From NCBI GenBank assembly GCA_963727445.1, contig CAVSGI010000009.1, positions 96,001-160,000 on the forward strand: a stretch of 64,000 bases of DNA, given 5' to 3'. The stretch is from an uncultured delta proteobacterium. GTDB taxonomy: Bacteria > Myxococcota_A > Polyangia > Polyangiales > B10-G4. Under the pieces are notes generated by a model. It was not told where the DNA came from, made no database searches, and was given only the letters and a program-made list of their open reading frames with translations. Below are positions 18,783-28,958 of this stretch, piece by piece (the stretch's first letter is position 1; each line of letters starts with the position of its first letter). A program made the translations under genes and the position numbers.

Positions 18783-21056
18783 CTATCCGTCGCGCCGTGC
18801 GGCGTCGACGAGCAATCGGCGCTCGGCGCGACCGATGCTCGCCCGGGCTGCGTCGACGGCGTCGGGATTGACGGAGATCGAAGTGATACCGAAGCGCACG
18901 AGGTGTTCGGCGAACTCCGGACGGTTCGAGGGCGCCTGGCCGCAGAGGCTCGAGGTGAGCCCGTGGGCGCGGGCCTGTCGGATGATCGCTTCGATGGCCC
19001 CGAGCACCGCCGCGTCCGCTTCGTCGAAGAGCTCGGAGCAGATCTCCGAGTCACGGTCGACACCGAGGACGAGCTGAGTCAGGTCGTTGCTGCCGATGCT
19101 GACCCCGTCGACCCCCAGCGCCGCGTAGTCGGCGATGCGGTAGACGATCGACGGCACCTCCGCCATGACCCACTTCAACAGGCCCCGCTGCTTTCCGAGC
19201 GGCGAGCGTTCGATCATCTCGAGGCATGCCTCGAGCTCCCACTTCGTGCGAACGAAGGGGAGCATCACGTGCAGGTTCGGTGTCTGCTCGCGCACCCGAG
19301 CGAGGGTCTCGAGCTCGAGCTCGAAGAGCGCAGGGTCTTTCACGTAGCGGTAGCAGCCCCGATAACCGATCATCGGGTTTTCCTCGATCGGCTCGTGGGC
19401 TTGGCCCCCCTCCAGCTTGCGGAACTCGTTCGTGCGGAAGTCGTACGTCCGATAGATCACTGGTCGCGGTGCGAAGGGGCCGGTGATCTTCAGGAGCGCC
19501 TCGCTCATGCGGTCGACGAAGCTCGCCCCCTCTCCTCGCGCGATGAGCTCCTTCGGGTGAACACCGTCGAGAGCCTCGGTGATCATGAACTCCGCGCGCA
19601 GCAGGCCGACTCCGTCGACGGGCTGGGCCGCGACCTCCTCGGCGTGCTCGGGGAAGGCGAGGTTCACGTAGAGCCGTGTGGCGAGCGGCTCGGTGCCACG
19701 CGCCGACCCCACCTCCGCCGCGACGTGCGTGGTGACTTCCCGCGTCTGTTCCTCCACCGCGCCCCGGAACACGTGACCCTCGTCGCCCACCACGGTGACC
19801 GTCTCTCCGTCGCGAAGCACGCGCGTCGCGTCGCGAGTCCCGACTACGCAGGGGATCCGAAGCTCGCGACTGACGATCGCCGCGTGGCACGTCATGCCGC
19901 CACCATCGGTCACGAGCGCCCCGGCGTGCCTCATCGCAGGGACCCAGTCCGGGCTCGTCATCTTCGCCACGAGGATCTCGCCCGGCGAGAGCATACCGAC
20001 CTGGTCCGGCGATTCGAGGATGCGCACGACGCCGACCGAGCGACCAGGCGACGCGCCGAGACCGGTGAGGAGCAGGTCTCCCGCGTGATGCTCCGCAGGT
20101 GGCTCGAGGGTCGTGATGGGGCGCGATTGGACGACGTAGAGACGTCCATCGGCATAGGCCCACTCGATGTCCTGAGGCTTGCCGTAGTGCGCCTCGATCC
20201 GACGCCCCAGGCGCGCGATCTCGAGGATGCGCGCGTCGTCGAGGACGCGGCGCTTGCCCTCGGCCTCCGAGAGCGTGCGGCGCCTTTCCGTGCCGCTCTC
20301 GTCCCGGTCGATGCACAGCGTCTTCACACCCACGCGCACGTCCCGAATCGTCGGGCCCTCGGCGTCGACCACGTAGGTGTCCGGTTCCACCGCTCCGCTC
20401 ACGACCACTTCGCCGAGCCCGAACGCCGCCTCGATCACGAGCCGGTCACGCGCTCCGGTGGCCGGGTCGGCGGTGAACATCACGCCCGACTCCTCGGAGT
20501 CCACCATCTTCTGGATGACGACGGCGATCGCGGGCTCCTCGTCGATGCCGCGGCCCGCGCGATAGGAGATCACCCGCTCGCCGAAGACGCTCTCCCAGCA
20601 TCCGAGCAGAGCCGTGAGGAGCGCGTCCTCACCCGAGACGTTGGTGAAGGTCACGTTCATGCCTGCGAAAGAGGCGCCCGCGGTGTCCTCGAGAGTTGCG
20701 GAGGAACGAACCGCCACGCGCGACTCATCGCCGAGTGCCCGGTAAGCGGCGAGGACGGGGTCCTTCACGTCGCTGGGGATGCCGCCCTCGTGGACGAGGC
20801 CACGAAGGGTGGAGGACGCCGTGGCGAGGGCCTTGGGATCGTTGGGGGAGGCGGCGGCGAGGAGCTCGCGGATCCGCGCGCGTGTCCCCGCCGCCTCGAG
20901 CGCCCGGAAATAGGCGGCCGCCGTGATGACGAACCCCGGAGGGACGGGAAGGCCGGCCTGGGTCAGCTCGCCGAGGTTGGCGCCCTTCCCCCCGACCTCC
21001 GTCTCGTCGCCGAGTCCGATCTCGTCGAAACTCCGCGTATATCCGGTTCCCTTCAT
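18783..21056 (-). CDS. ppsA: Phosphoenolpyruvate synthase (pyruvate,water dikinase)
   Basis: [32 protein letters not shown] phospho-His motif, [26 protein letters not shown]. Confidence 0.96.
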   Translation of the reverse strand: MKGTGYTRSFDEIGLGDETEVGGKGANLGELTQAGLPVPPGFVITAAAYFRALEAAGTRARIRELLAAASPNDPKALATASSTLRGLVHEGGIPSDVKDPVLAAYRALGDESRVAVRSSATLEDTAGASFAGMNVTFTNVSGEDALLTALLGCWESVFGERVISYRAGRGIDEEPAIAVVIQKMVDSEESGVMFTADPATGARDRLVIEAAFGLGEVVVSGAVEPDTYVVDAEGPTIRDVRVGVKTLCIDRDESGTERRRTLSEAEGKRRVLDDARILEIARLGRRIEAHYGKPQDIEWAYADGRLYVVQSRPITTLEPPAEHHAGDLLLTGLGASPGRSVGVVRILESPDQVGMLSPGEILVAKMTSPDWVPAMRHAGALVTDGGGMTCHAAIVSRELRIPCVVGTRDATRVLRDGETVTVVGDEGHVFRGAVEEQTREVTTHVAAEVGSARGTEPLATRLYVNLAFPEHAEEVAAQPVDGVGLLRAEFMITEALDGVHPKELIARGEGASFVDRMSEALLKITGPFAPRPVIYRTYDFRTNEFRKLEGGQAHEPIEENPMIGYRGCYRYVKDPALFELELETLARVREQTPNLHVMLPFVRTKWELEACLEMIERSPLGKQRGLLKWVMAEVPSIVYRIADYAALGVDGVSIGSNDLTQLVLGVDRDSEICSELFDEADAAVLGAIEAIIRQARAHGLTSSLCGQAPSNRPEFAEHLVRFGITSISVNPDAVDAARASIGRAERRLLVDAARRDG

Positions 21057-21204
21057 CGAGAGCTCTCCCTTCCCCACCCGGCCGGGTCTGGTTCTCTCGT
21101 CTGATGTGTTCCCGGTCCTCGGATCGGCAACCATCCCCACCACCGCGACGTGGACTGTGGTCGACCGCACGACCCAACGAGTCCGAAATGCCTATCATCT
21201 CGTG

Positions 21205-22575
21205 GTGAGCGAGGCCCGCAGCATCGAGTGTGGAAAGTGTGGCGGTGGCATTCCGCTGATGACCCTGAGCGTCGCCGTGCGCTGTCCCCACTGTGGGCAC
21301 CGTCAGGCCCTGGGCGCGCAGACTCAGCACGAGCTGAAGAGCTACGCCGCGGAGGTGGAGGCCAAGATGGCGGCCGCGAACCGCGAGCTGTCGCAAGCGG
21401 ACGCCTGGCGGCAGTGGTCGGAGTCTGGCCGGACGCCGCGGCGTTCGCTGCAGGTGGGCTACGGGCTGATGCTGGGGGTGCCGATCCTCATCACGCTCGC
21501 CGGTTTCTTCCTTCACCGAATCGGTCTCTTCGATATCCAAGGGCCGGGGCTCAGCTTCGTGATCCTGGGCGCGTCCTACGGCGGCGTCTTCGTCTACCTC
21601 GTCTGGTACTACGCCGGCCGCAAGCGTGGGGACGCGCGCAAAGCCGACGTCAGCGTGTCGAAGGTCGCGTGTCCGAACTGCGGCGCCCCAAACGCGATGC
21701 GTCCGGGGCAGGTGCTCGAGCGATGCACCCACTGCGGCGCCGCGCTCGCACCGACGCACACGATCATGGTGCAGGGGCTCTCGGCCGCCCACCAGGCCCG
21801 CCGCCGTGCGCTCCTCGAACGCTATCGGGCGGAGCGCAAGGGGATGGCGCGGGTGCTCAGCTACAGCGCCAACAACTACGTTCCCTTCCTCGTGATGGGG
21901 TCGCTCGTGCCGCCGGTCGGCTTCGGCGCACTCGCCTTCACCTGGCAGATGTTCGTGACGGGTGAAGCGCCCTTCAACCCGGCGATATTCATCTTGTGGG
22001 GGATGCTCGCGGCGATCATCGGGGTGCCCATCGCGTACTTCGCCTACCGGAAAACGCAGCGCCGAGCGATCCACGAAGCGATGAGTGACCTCGCGCGCCA
22101 GTTCCGAGGAGTCGTGAGCGCCAAGCGGGACGATCTGGTGCGTTGGCTCAACCGATACTGGGCCGCCGAGTACAAGACGATCTGGCTCTACGACGGCGTC
22201 TACTTTCACGCGGCAGCCCTCGAAGTGGTGGGCTTCGACACGCTCGTCGACTTCGAGCCCGACGGATACCGTTACCGCGGAAGCGGCTACCCCGCGCGGC
22301 TGCATCTCGCCCTCGCGGCCTTCGTCCCTGGCGTGACCGATGGAGGCGGTGGTCCCCGAAGCGACGCCCGCACTCAGCAGCTGAAGGAGTGGCTCCGAAC
22401 CTCCGGATTCGAGCTGAAGGTGTGCGAAGGAGGTCTCCTCGCCCAGGCGACCCCGCAGATCGTGAAGCGCGTGCGCAAGAACCCCTCCGCGCTCCACGAG
22501 CTCGCGCCGATCCTGCACGCCATGGCCGAGATCGCCGCGCGCATCGGGGCGACACCGGTCGAAGCGATGGAGTGA
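21205..22575 (+). CDS. Membrane protein with two double-CxxC zinc-ribbon regions
   Basis: CGKC/CPHC and CPNC/CTHC pairs alternating with TM hairpins; start inferred. Confidence 0.7.
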   Translation: MSEARSIECGKCGGGIPLMTLSVAVRCPHCGHRQALGAQTQHELKSYAAEVEAKMAAANRELSQADAWRQWSESGRTPRRSLQVGYGLMLGVPILITLAGFFLHRIGLFDIQGPGLSFVILGASYGGVFVYLVWYYAGRKRGDARKADVSVSKVACPNCGAPNAMRPGQVLERCTHCGAALAPTHTIMVQGLSAAHQARRRALLERYRAERKGMARVLSYSANNYVPFLVMGSLVPPVGFGALAFTWQMFVTGEAPFNPAIFILWGMLAAIIGVPIAYFAYRKTQRRAIHEAMSDLARQFRGVVSAKRDDLVRWLNRYWAAEYKTIWLYDGVYFHAAALEVVGFDTLVDFEPDGYRYRGSGYPARLHLALAAFVPGVTDGGGGPRSDARTQQLKEWLRTSGFELKVCEGGLLAQATPQIVKRVRKNPSALHELAPILHAMAEIAARIGATPVEAME

Positions 22576-22644
22576 GGCTTCCAGGTCGTCGTCGTGAGGA
22601 GCGCTACTTCGCGCGCGTGCCTCTTGGCTTGCTAGACTCCTTTC

Positions 22645-23928
22645 GTGCCCTTCGTGCTCGCTGCGCTCCTACTGTCGGCGTGCTCCATCGACACCCACGC
22701 CATCGCTCCCGGCGTGGGTGCGGACGGGAGCGTCCCGGACGGGAACGTCACCGACGGTTGGATGGACACCATGGGACCCCTCGACGCCGAGGTGCGTGAC
22801 ACCGCGCCCCCGCGCGACGACACGGCGCCGCCCGACACGCGCGTGGTGGATTCCGGTCCACCGATGCCGACGCCCATCGTCACAGCGGCGAGCTCCGGAG
22901 GGTATGAAGGCCATCCCACGGTGATCTGGAGCGGGACGCGCTTCGACGTCGCTGTGATCTCCGTCGCTTCGGGTGGTGGGCACGTCGAGACCTACGGGAT
23001 GCTCCCCGGCGACGTGACCCCGATCGACCGACGCCGCGCGTCCTCGGGAGGTGCCAGAGACCGACGCGGCACGGTCCTCGCGTCGGCGCCCGACGGTCGC
23101 CTCGCGGTGGGCTGGCACGAGTACGACGGCGCCGAGTGGGACGTGGTGGTGGCGATCGACAGCGGCGGCTCGTTCACCGAGCGCCGCTTCGACGGCGCAG
23201 CCGCCGCGTCGGATCACAACAGCCTGGCCCTCTTCTGGGTGGGCAGTGAGCTCCGCGGGGTCGTGCGACAGGCGGGCGCCGGCGGCTCTCACAACGCCCG
23301 CGACGTCCGCTTCGATCCCGGGCCGGTGGCGATCGACATCGCTCCTTTCGCCGCCGCGCCGGACCTCGGCGGCATGGACGGCATCGGCGGACCGGACGGT
23401 CCCGTCGTCGTCTTCGGTGCGACCGGAGCGACCTTCCACCGCACCACGGCCTTCGTCACGATCGATTCCGTCGCTGCGCTCAGCCCGGTCGAGGCCGACG
23501 TGGCGATCCTCGACGACGAATCGATCTTCAGCGTGTGGTCTGCCGACGCATCCGGGGAGCGCGCGGTCTACGCGCGACGCCTCGATCGCTCGGGGAGCGC
23601 GTACGTTCCGGCGTTCGGCCCGCGGCTGCTCTCCTGGCGCGGCCCCGACCCGACGATCGCCGCCGCCTCCGCCGGCCCCGTCGGCGCGTACATCGACGAG
23701 TCCGGCGGTGAGCGCATCGTCACGGTGGTAGCCCTCGACGCCGACGGCGCGGAGATCGGCGGTCCGTGCCCCCTCGCGAACCTGCTGCCTTCGGCGAACG
23801 ACCCGGTCATCGCCTGTGGCGGAGGCTATTGCGCCGTCGTGTGGCTCGAAGGCTCGACTCGAAGCGACACGGATTTCGTCACACGGGTCGTCCAGTTGCC
23901 GATCTCGCCTGCCTTGATGTGTCCCTGA
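22645..23928 (+). CDS. Hypothetical lipoprotein
   Basis: LLLSAC lipobox, D/P/T-rich linker, beta-rich body. Confidence 0.7.
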   Translation: MPFVLAALLLSACSIDTHAIAPGVGADGSVPDGNVTDGWMDTMGPLDAEVRDTAPPRDDTAPPDTRVVDSGPPMPTPIVTAASSGGYEGHPTVIWSGTRFDVAVISVASGGGHVETYGMLPGDVTPIDRRRASSGGARDRRGTVLASAPDGRLAVGWHEYDGAEWDVVVAIDSGGSFTERRFDGAAAASDHNSLALFWVGSELRGVVRQAGAGGSHNARDVRFDPGPVAIDIAPFAAAPDLGGMDGIGGPDGPVVVFGATGATFHRTTAFVTIDSVAALSPVEADVAILDDESIFSVWSADASGERAVYARRLDRSGSAYVPAFGPRLLSWRGPDPTIAAASAGPVGAYIDESGGERIVTVVALDADGAEIGGPCPLANLLPSANDPVIACGGGYCAVVWLEGSTRSDTDFVTRVVQLPISPALMCP

Positions 23929-23929
23929 G

Positions 23930-24595
23930 ATGAGCACCTTCGCCTGGATGAAGTTCCTCGAGTCCTCGCCCGAGCGCTACGACCAGGGCATTCGCATGCT
24001 CTCCGGCGGTCGTATCGACGAGGTCTACGAGCGGATCGCGAAAAGAGTGGCCGCGCCCGAGCGGCGTGTGCTGGACATGGGGTGTGGCACCGGAGCGGTG
24101 GCGCTTTCGTGCGCGGCCCGCGGCGCGTACGTCACCGGCATCGACATCGATGCGGGCATGCTCGAGGTCGCTCGGGCCAAGCCGGTGCCCACCAAGGGGC
24201 GGGTCGAGTGGATGCAGGTGGGGATCGCCGAGATCGAGGACCACTTCGGGCCGGCGACCTTCGACGCCGTCGTCTCGTGTTTGATGTTCTCGGAGCTCTC
24301 GGCCGACGAGCGGGCGTACGCGCTCCGAGCGGCCCTCCGCGTTCTGGTCCCAGGGGGTGATGTGGTCATCGCCGACGAGACGGTGCCGCGCAGCACCCTA
24401 CGGCGCACCCTGCACCGTCTGCGCAGGGCGCCGCGCCACGCGCTCACCTACCTGCTCACGCAAACGAGCACGCGGCCCGTTCGAGAGCTCGGCGGGGCGC
24501 TGAGCGCGGCCGGCTTCGTGGACGTGGACGAGGCGCGCATCTGGTCCGATGCGTTCGTGATCGCGACCGGCCAAAAGCCGGGGGTGGCGGCGTGA
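23930..24595 (+). CDS. Class I SAM methyltransferase, corrinoid-protein-associated (CpaM-like)
   Basis: VLDMGCGTG, GIDID..ML, FDAVVS.L.FSEL; MK.LES.P.RYD.GI N-terminus; GTGA overlap with the corrinoid gene. Confidence 0.85.
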   Translation: MSTFAWMKFLESSPERYDQGIRMLSGGRIDEVYERIAKRVAAPERRVLDMGCGTGAVALSCAARGAYVTGIDIDAGMLEVARAKPVPTKGRVEWMQVGIAEIEDHFGPATFDAVVSCLMFSELSADERAYALRAALRVLVPGGDVVIADETVPRSTLRRTLHRLRRAPRHALTYLLTQTSTRPVRELGGALSAAGFVDVDEARIWSDAFVIATGQKPGVAA

Positions 24596-25704
24596 GGGTT
24601 CGCGACCTCTCGGGATGGTTGCGGGACACGCTGCTGCGGATGCTGCCGCACGCAGCGCCGACCGGGCTGATCCGCATCGGAAACCCGGACCGCGGCTCTC
24701 CCGTGCTACTCACCGGGAACTTCACCCTCACCGTCCGCCGCATGAGAGACGCGCTCGCCGGTCACGATGCGTGGCTCCTCTGCGCGAACAGCGAGGGAAT
24801 CAACGTCTGGTGTGCGGCAGGCGGCGGGCACCTCACGCATCACGACGTGATCTCGGTGATCCGCACCTCCGGCATCGAGGAGCTCGTCGACGACCACGAG
24901 ATCATCCTGCCTCAGCTCTGCGCCACCGGCGTCGAGCACCGGCGGATCACCGAGGTCACTGGATGGAAGACCCGCTGGGGCCCCGCGCGCCTCGAAGACC
25001 TACCCGACTATCTCGACGACGGTCGTCGAGTGAGTCACGACCAACGGTTCATGCGCTTCCCGGTGTGGGAACGTTCGGAGATGGCGATGATGTGGGGCGG
25101 CCCGTTGCTCCTCGTCGCCAGCCCGCTCGTCGGTTGGCTCTGGGGCTGGTCGACCCTGGCGGCGTGCGTGGCCACCGTCATCACCATCGTGGGCGGGATC
25201 TTCTGGCTGCTGCCGTGGCTTCGCGTCACCGGCGGGCTTCGGTGGTTGACCTTCGCCGCGTTCGCCGCGTTGGGCATGGGCGCCGGCGCGGGGGTGCTGA
25301 TGGCGCTCGGGGCCTCAGCCGGTCACCTCGCGGTCGTCGGCGTCATTGCCCTGATCGCCGCGGGCATCCTGGCGATCGATCTCGCCGGCACCACGCCCTG
25401 GTACGGGAGCTACATCAACACGTTCCACAACGAAGCGCACATCGAGCTCGTGGAAGAGCGGTGCAGCGGTGCAGCGGACTGCGTTCTGGTCTGCCCCCGC
25501 GACGTGTTGAAAATGAATGGCGCACGCCGGAAGGTGGAGATCACGAAGCCGGATCAATGCATCCAGTGCGGCGCCTGCATCGTCCAATGCCCCGACGACG
25601 CTCTGCGTTTTCGCTACGACGACGGGCGAGTCGTGGAAGCGGACACGATCCGGAGCACGCGCATGAACATGCTGGGACGGCGCAGCCTCCCGGTACGAGA
25701 CTGA
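24592..25704 (+). CDS. HgcAB-like fusion: corrinoid domain, about 4 TM helices, C-terminal ferredoxin
   Basis: TGL..IGNP...SPVL.TGNF.LT, GINVWCAAGG cap helix, ILPQL.A.GV, WGP; TM block; CSGAADCVLVCP and CIQCGACIVQCP. Confidence 0.9.
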   Translation: MRVRDLSGWLRDTLLRMLPHAAPTGLIRIGNPDRGSPVLLTGNFTLTVRRMRDALAGHDAWLLCANSEGINVWCAAGGGHLTHHDVISVIRTSGIEELVDDHEIILPQLCATGVEHRRITEVTGWKTRWGPARLEDLPDYLDDGRRVSHDQRFMRFPVWERSEMAMMWGGPLLLVASPLVGWLWGWSTLAACVATVITIVGGIFWLLPWLRVTGGLRWLTFAAFAALGMGAGAGVLMALGASAGHLAVVGVIALIAAGILAIDLAGTTPWYGSYINTFHNEAHIELVEERCSGAADCVLVCPRDVLKMNGARRKVEITKPDQCIQCGACIVQCPDDALRFRYDDGRVVEADTIRSTRMNMLGRRSLPVRD

Positions 25705-25767
25705 ACGCCGAGGCGATTGAGCGCGGAGCGCTGGATGAACCTGAGCAACATGGCGCACAATGGGTGG

Positions 25768-26409
25768 ATGCGCTTCGCACTGCTCTTCCTGGTCCCGCTC
25801 GCCTTCGCGGGGTGCTCCGATTCCCACAGCTCGACCGACGGGAGCGTGGGTGACGCGGATCCCTGCGCGGACGGCGCCTGCGTCGATACCGGTGTTCCGC
25901 CCGCGACCTACGATAGCTGCGACGTTCCGTCCGACTGCGTGCTGACGGCCAACACCTGTTGCGGCGTCTGCGGCGCGCCGACCCGCAGCGACGTCGCGGC
26001 CGTCAACGCCGACATGACGATGGACTACTACCTCGACGTGGCCTGCCCCGCCGCGCGCACCGCCCCGCCGCCGTGCCCCGATTGCGCCGGCATGCCGAAC
26101 CCGAACCTCATCGTCACCTGCATCGACTCCCGGTGCCGGGTCGTAGACCTCGCGTCCGACCCGCCCTACGCGGAATGCACCGCCGACTCGGATTGCATCG
26201 TCCGCGCGCGCGACTGCTGTGAGTGCGGCGCCGACCTCTCCCCCTTCAATCTCGTGGCGATCGCCGCGTCCGAGCTCTCGTCCTTCGAGGGCCTCGTCTG
26301 CGATCCGATGTCGGCCTGTCCCGAGTGTGCCCCCGTCTACCCGACCGACATCGGCGCCGCGTGCAACGACGGCTTCTGCGCCCTGGCGATGATGATGTCG
26401 ATGCCGTGA
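25768..26409 (+). CDS. Cys-rich lipoprotein with two internal repeats
   Basis: LAFAGC lipobox; C...SDC.....CC..CG...VA and CP.CA....C....C each occur twice. Confidence 0.75.
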   Translation: MRFALLFLVPLAFAGCSDSHSSTDGSVGDADPCADGACVDTGVPPATYDSCDVPSDCVLTANTCCGVCGAPTRSDVAAVNADMTMDYYLDVACPAARTAPPPCPDCAGMPNPNLIVTCIDSRCRVVDLASDPPYAECTADSDCIVRARDCCECGADLSPFNLVAIAASELSSFEGLVCDPMSACPECAPVYPTDIGAACNDGFCALAMMMSMP

Positions 26410-26487
26410 GGCTGAGACCCTGTCGAGAGCCTGACCCAGAAGTCCTGGTGACCTCGGTCGGCGAAGTGCGATAAGCTGGACCGGGGT

Positions 26488-28002
26488 ATGGACGAGTCGC
26501 TCAGGGGGACCCGTGTGGCCGAGGTGGCGGCGAGTCATGGGCTCGAGCTGATCAATCGCATCGGCGCCGGCGGGATGGGGGAGGTCTACCTCGCGCGGCG
26601 GCGCGGCGCAGCGGGGTTCGAGCGCCAGCTTGTCGTCAAACGGCTCGCGCCCACCCTCACCAACGACCCGCAGTTCGCGCAGGCGCTGGTGAAAGAGGCG
26701 AACATCATGGTTCGCCTGAGTCACCCCAACGTCGTCCAGGCGCAGGATCTGATCTACGACGGCGACGAGTACCTGCTGGTGCTCGAATACGTCGACGGGC
26801 CGTCCCTCCGGCGAATCATCGCCGCGGTGAACCGCGCGGGCGAGAAGCTCCCGATCGACTTCGTCCTGGCGTGCGTGCGGCACATGGCACGCGCGCTCGA
26901 ATACGCCCACGACATCGTCGACGACAGCGGCCAGCGGCGGCCAGTGGTCCACTGCGACGTGACCCCCGAGAACGTCCTGGTCTCCAAGCACGGCGAGGTG
27001 AAGCTCACGGACTTCGGCATCGCCCGGGTGCTGCACACCACCGCGCTCACGGGTGAGGGGCAGATCCGCGGGAAGTTCCGCTACGTCGCGCCGGAGCAGG
27101 TGGAGGGCAAGGGCATCGCGCCCCCCGCCGATGTCTACTCGACGGGGCTCGTGCTCTACGAGCTGCTCACCCTCGAATCGGCGCGCCGCGGACAGAACAC
27201 GGTGGCGCTGATCTCGGAGGCGCTCAGGCGCGAGGCGGTCACGCTGCCGGCCGAGATCGAAGGCGTCGACGCCGAGCTGCGTGACGAGCTCGACAATCTG
27301 GTGCAGCGCAGCACGTCGCCGAGCCACGAGTCGCGGCCGACGGCGACCGAGATGGCCTCGAGCATCGAGCGGATGGCGTCGAAGCGCGAGATGGACCTCA
27401 CCGGCAACCGCGTCGTCGCGCACTACGTCCGCGATCTGGTGTCGCGCCTCGGCGTGGAGAACCGGGATCCGGTACAGCCGACGAATTCCGGGCCGACCCA
27501 GGCCTCGCGTCCCCTCTCTCAATCGCAGGGCGGCGCCTCCTACTCCAACCCGGGCCCGGCTGCGTACGGAAGCGGCTCGCACTCGAACACCTCGAGCCGC
27601 ACCCGGCCGGCCAGCAAGCCCAAGGTGCTGGTGGTCGACGACAGCGACATCGTGCGCGAGGTCGTGCGGCGCGCCATCACCCGCTTCGGTTTCGAGGTCG
27701 AGACCATCGGCTCGGGCGGGGAGGCGCTGGACTGGCTCGCGGTCAATCACTGCGATGCGGTCCTGGTCGACCTCAACATGCCCGACCTGAGCGGGCTCGA
27801 GCTCACCTCCTTCGTGCGCTCCAATCCCGACATCGCGCACCTGCCCATCATCCTGCTCACGAGCGAGACCGAGTCTCAGCGCGCGGTCACCGGCCTGGGG
27901 CTGGGCGCCGACGACTTCGTCCGTAAAGGCGTGAGCGAGGCGGAGATCGCCGCCCGGATCCATGCCGTCCTCCGCCGCTCGCGCATCCCCGGCGGCGGCT
28001 GA
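26488..28002 (+). CDS. Ser/Thr protein kinase with C-terminal receiver domain
   Basis: GAGGMGEVY, VVKR, HCDVTPEN, DFGIA, APE; REC LVVDDS..VDLNMP..GADDFV.K. Confidence 0.92.
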   Translation: MDESLRGTRVAEVAASHGLELINRIGAGGMGEVYLARRRGAAGFERQLVVKRLAPTLTNDPQFAQALVKEANIMVRLSHPNVVQAQDLIYDGDEYLLVLEYVDGPSLRRIIAAVNRAGEKLPIDFVLACVRHMARALEYAHDIVDDSGQRRPVVHCDVTPENVLVSKHGEVKLTDFGIARVLHTTALTGEGQIRGKFRYVAPEQVEGKGIAPPADVYSTGLVLYELLTLESARRGQNTVALISEALRREAVTLPAEIEGVDAELRDELDNLVQRSTSPSHESRPTATEMASSIERMASKREMDLTGNRVVAHYVRDLVSRLGVENRDPVQPTNSGPTQASRPLSQSQGGASYSNPGPAAYGSGSHSNTSSRTRPASKPKVLVVDDSDIVREVVRRAITRFGFEVETIGSGGEALDWLAVNHCDAVLVDLNMPDLSGLELTSFVRSNPDIAHLPIILLTSETESQRAVTGLGLGADDFVRKGVSEAEIAARIHAVLRRSRIPGGG

Positions 28003-28040
28003 CGCTTGGCGCGCGGGCCGCGCTGACCTATGAACGAGGG

Positions 28041-28958
28041 GTGCCACGCTTCACCAACCTCGACGGGAGCGCCAACACCCGCCACTTCGGGCACGTGCTG
28101 AAGTGGAAGCTCGGGCTCGGTGGCGGACCGCGTCCGGCGAAGGGGCCTTTCGACGTGCCGACCATCACCTGTGATGAGGGCGCCCTGGCTTCGCCCGCGG
28201 AGCTCCAGCTCACCTGGGTGGGACACGCCACCTATCTCGTGCAGCTCGGCGGGCGCGCCATCCTCACCGATCCGGTCTTCGCCGAGAAGCTCTCGGGCGT
28301 GGTACCGCGGAACGTGGCGCCCGGGGTCGCCCTGCCGCAGCTCCCGAAGATCGACGTGGTCGTCGTGACCCACAACCACCGCGATCACATGGACGCGTGG
28401 TCGCTCAGGGCGCTCGGTCCCGAGCCGACCTACGTGGTCCCCCTGGGCCTCGCGCGCTGGTTCGAGCGCGCGGGCTTTCCCCGGGTGGTCGAGATGAAGT
28501 GGTGGGAGCAGCGCGAGGTCGAGGGCGTCGACATCACCTTCGTCCCCTCCCAGCACTGGAGCCGTCGTGGCGTCTTCGATCAGAACGAGACGCTCTGGGG
28601 TGGATACGTCCTCGAGCGCGGCGGCGCGCGGGTCTACCACTCGGGCGATACGGCCTGGTTCGACGGCTTCGCGGAGATCGGGCGCCGGGTGGGCTCCATC
28701 GACGCTGCCATGCTCCCCATCGGTGCCTACGCGCCGCGCTGGTTCATGGAGCCGCAGCACATGGACCCCGGGGACGCGGTGCGCGCCTTCACGGCCCTGG
28801 GCGCCGAGCGTTTCGTGGCGATGCACTGGGGCACCTTCCAGCTCACCGACGAGGCGCTCGACGAGCCGCCGAAGGTGCTGCGCGAGGTGTGGGAAGGCGC
28901 GAGCCTCCCCGACGACCGTCGCTTCGTCCCCGCCATCGGCGAGACGCTCCGCTTCTGA
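28041..28958 (+). CDS. MBL-fold hydrolase (NAPE-PLD/RomA-like)
   Basis: TWVGHAT, THNHRDHMD, PSQHWS.R, GDT, LPIGAY.PRWFM..QH, MHWGTF. Confidence 0.92.
   Translation: MPRFTNLDGSANTRHFGHVLKWKLGLGGGPRPAKGPFDVPTITCDEGALASPAELQLTWVGHATYLVQLGGRAILTDPVFAEKLSGVVPRNVAPGVALPQLPKIDVVVVTHNHRDHMDAWSLRALGPEPTYVVPLGLARWFERAGFPRVVEMKWWEQREVEGVDITFVPSQHWSRRGVFDQNETLWGGYVLERGGARVYHSGDTAWFDGFAEIGRRVGSIDAAMLPIGAYAPRWFMEPQHMDPGDAVRAFTALGAERFVAMHWGTFQLTDEALDEPPKVLREVWEGASLPDDRRFVPAIGETLRF

Noticed and set aside
22617..22633. Sigma54 site upstream of 22645
   Set aside because: TTGCT is present but the -24 position reads GC rather than GG; TAGACT as a -10 element fits better
24592..25704. Calling this bona fide mercury-methylation hgcA/hgcB
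   Set aside because: Fused architecture, GG instead of GK after WCAA, degenerate first Fe-S motif and no HgcB Cys tail; activity cannot be inferred
25315..28047. Long antisense or alternate-frame ORFs (for example 25315-28047, 18903-21104, 29758-31887, 38386-40398)
   Set aside because: Shadow ORFs expected from high GC3 opposite well-supported genes; no recognisable motifs
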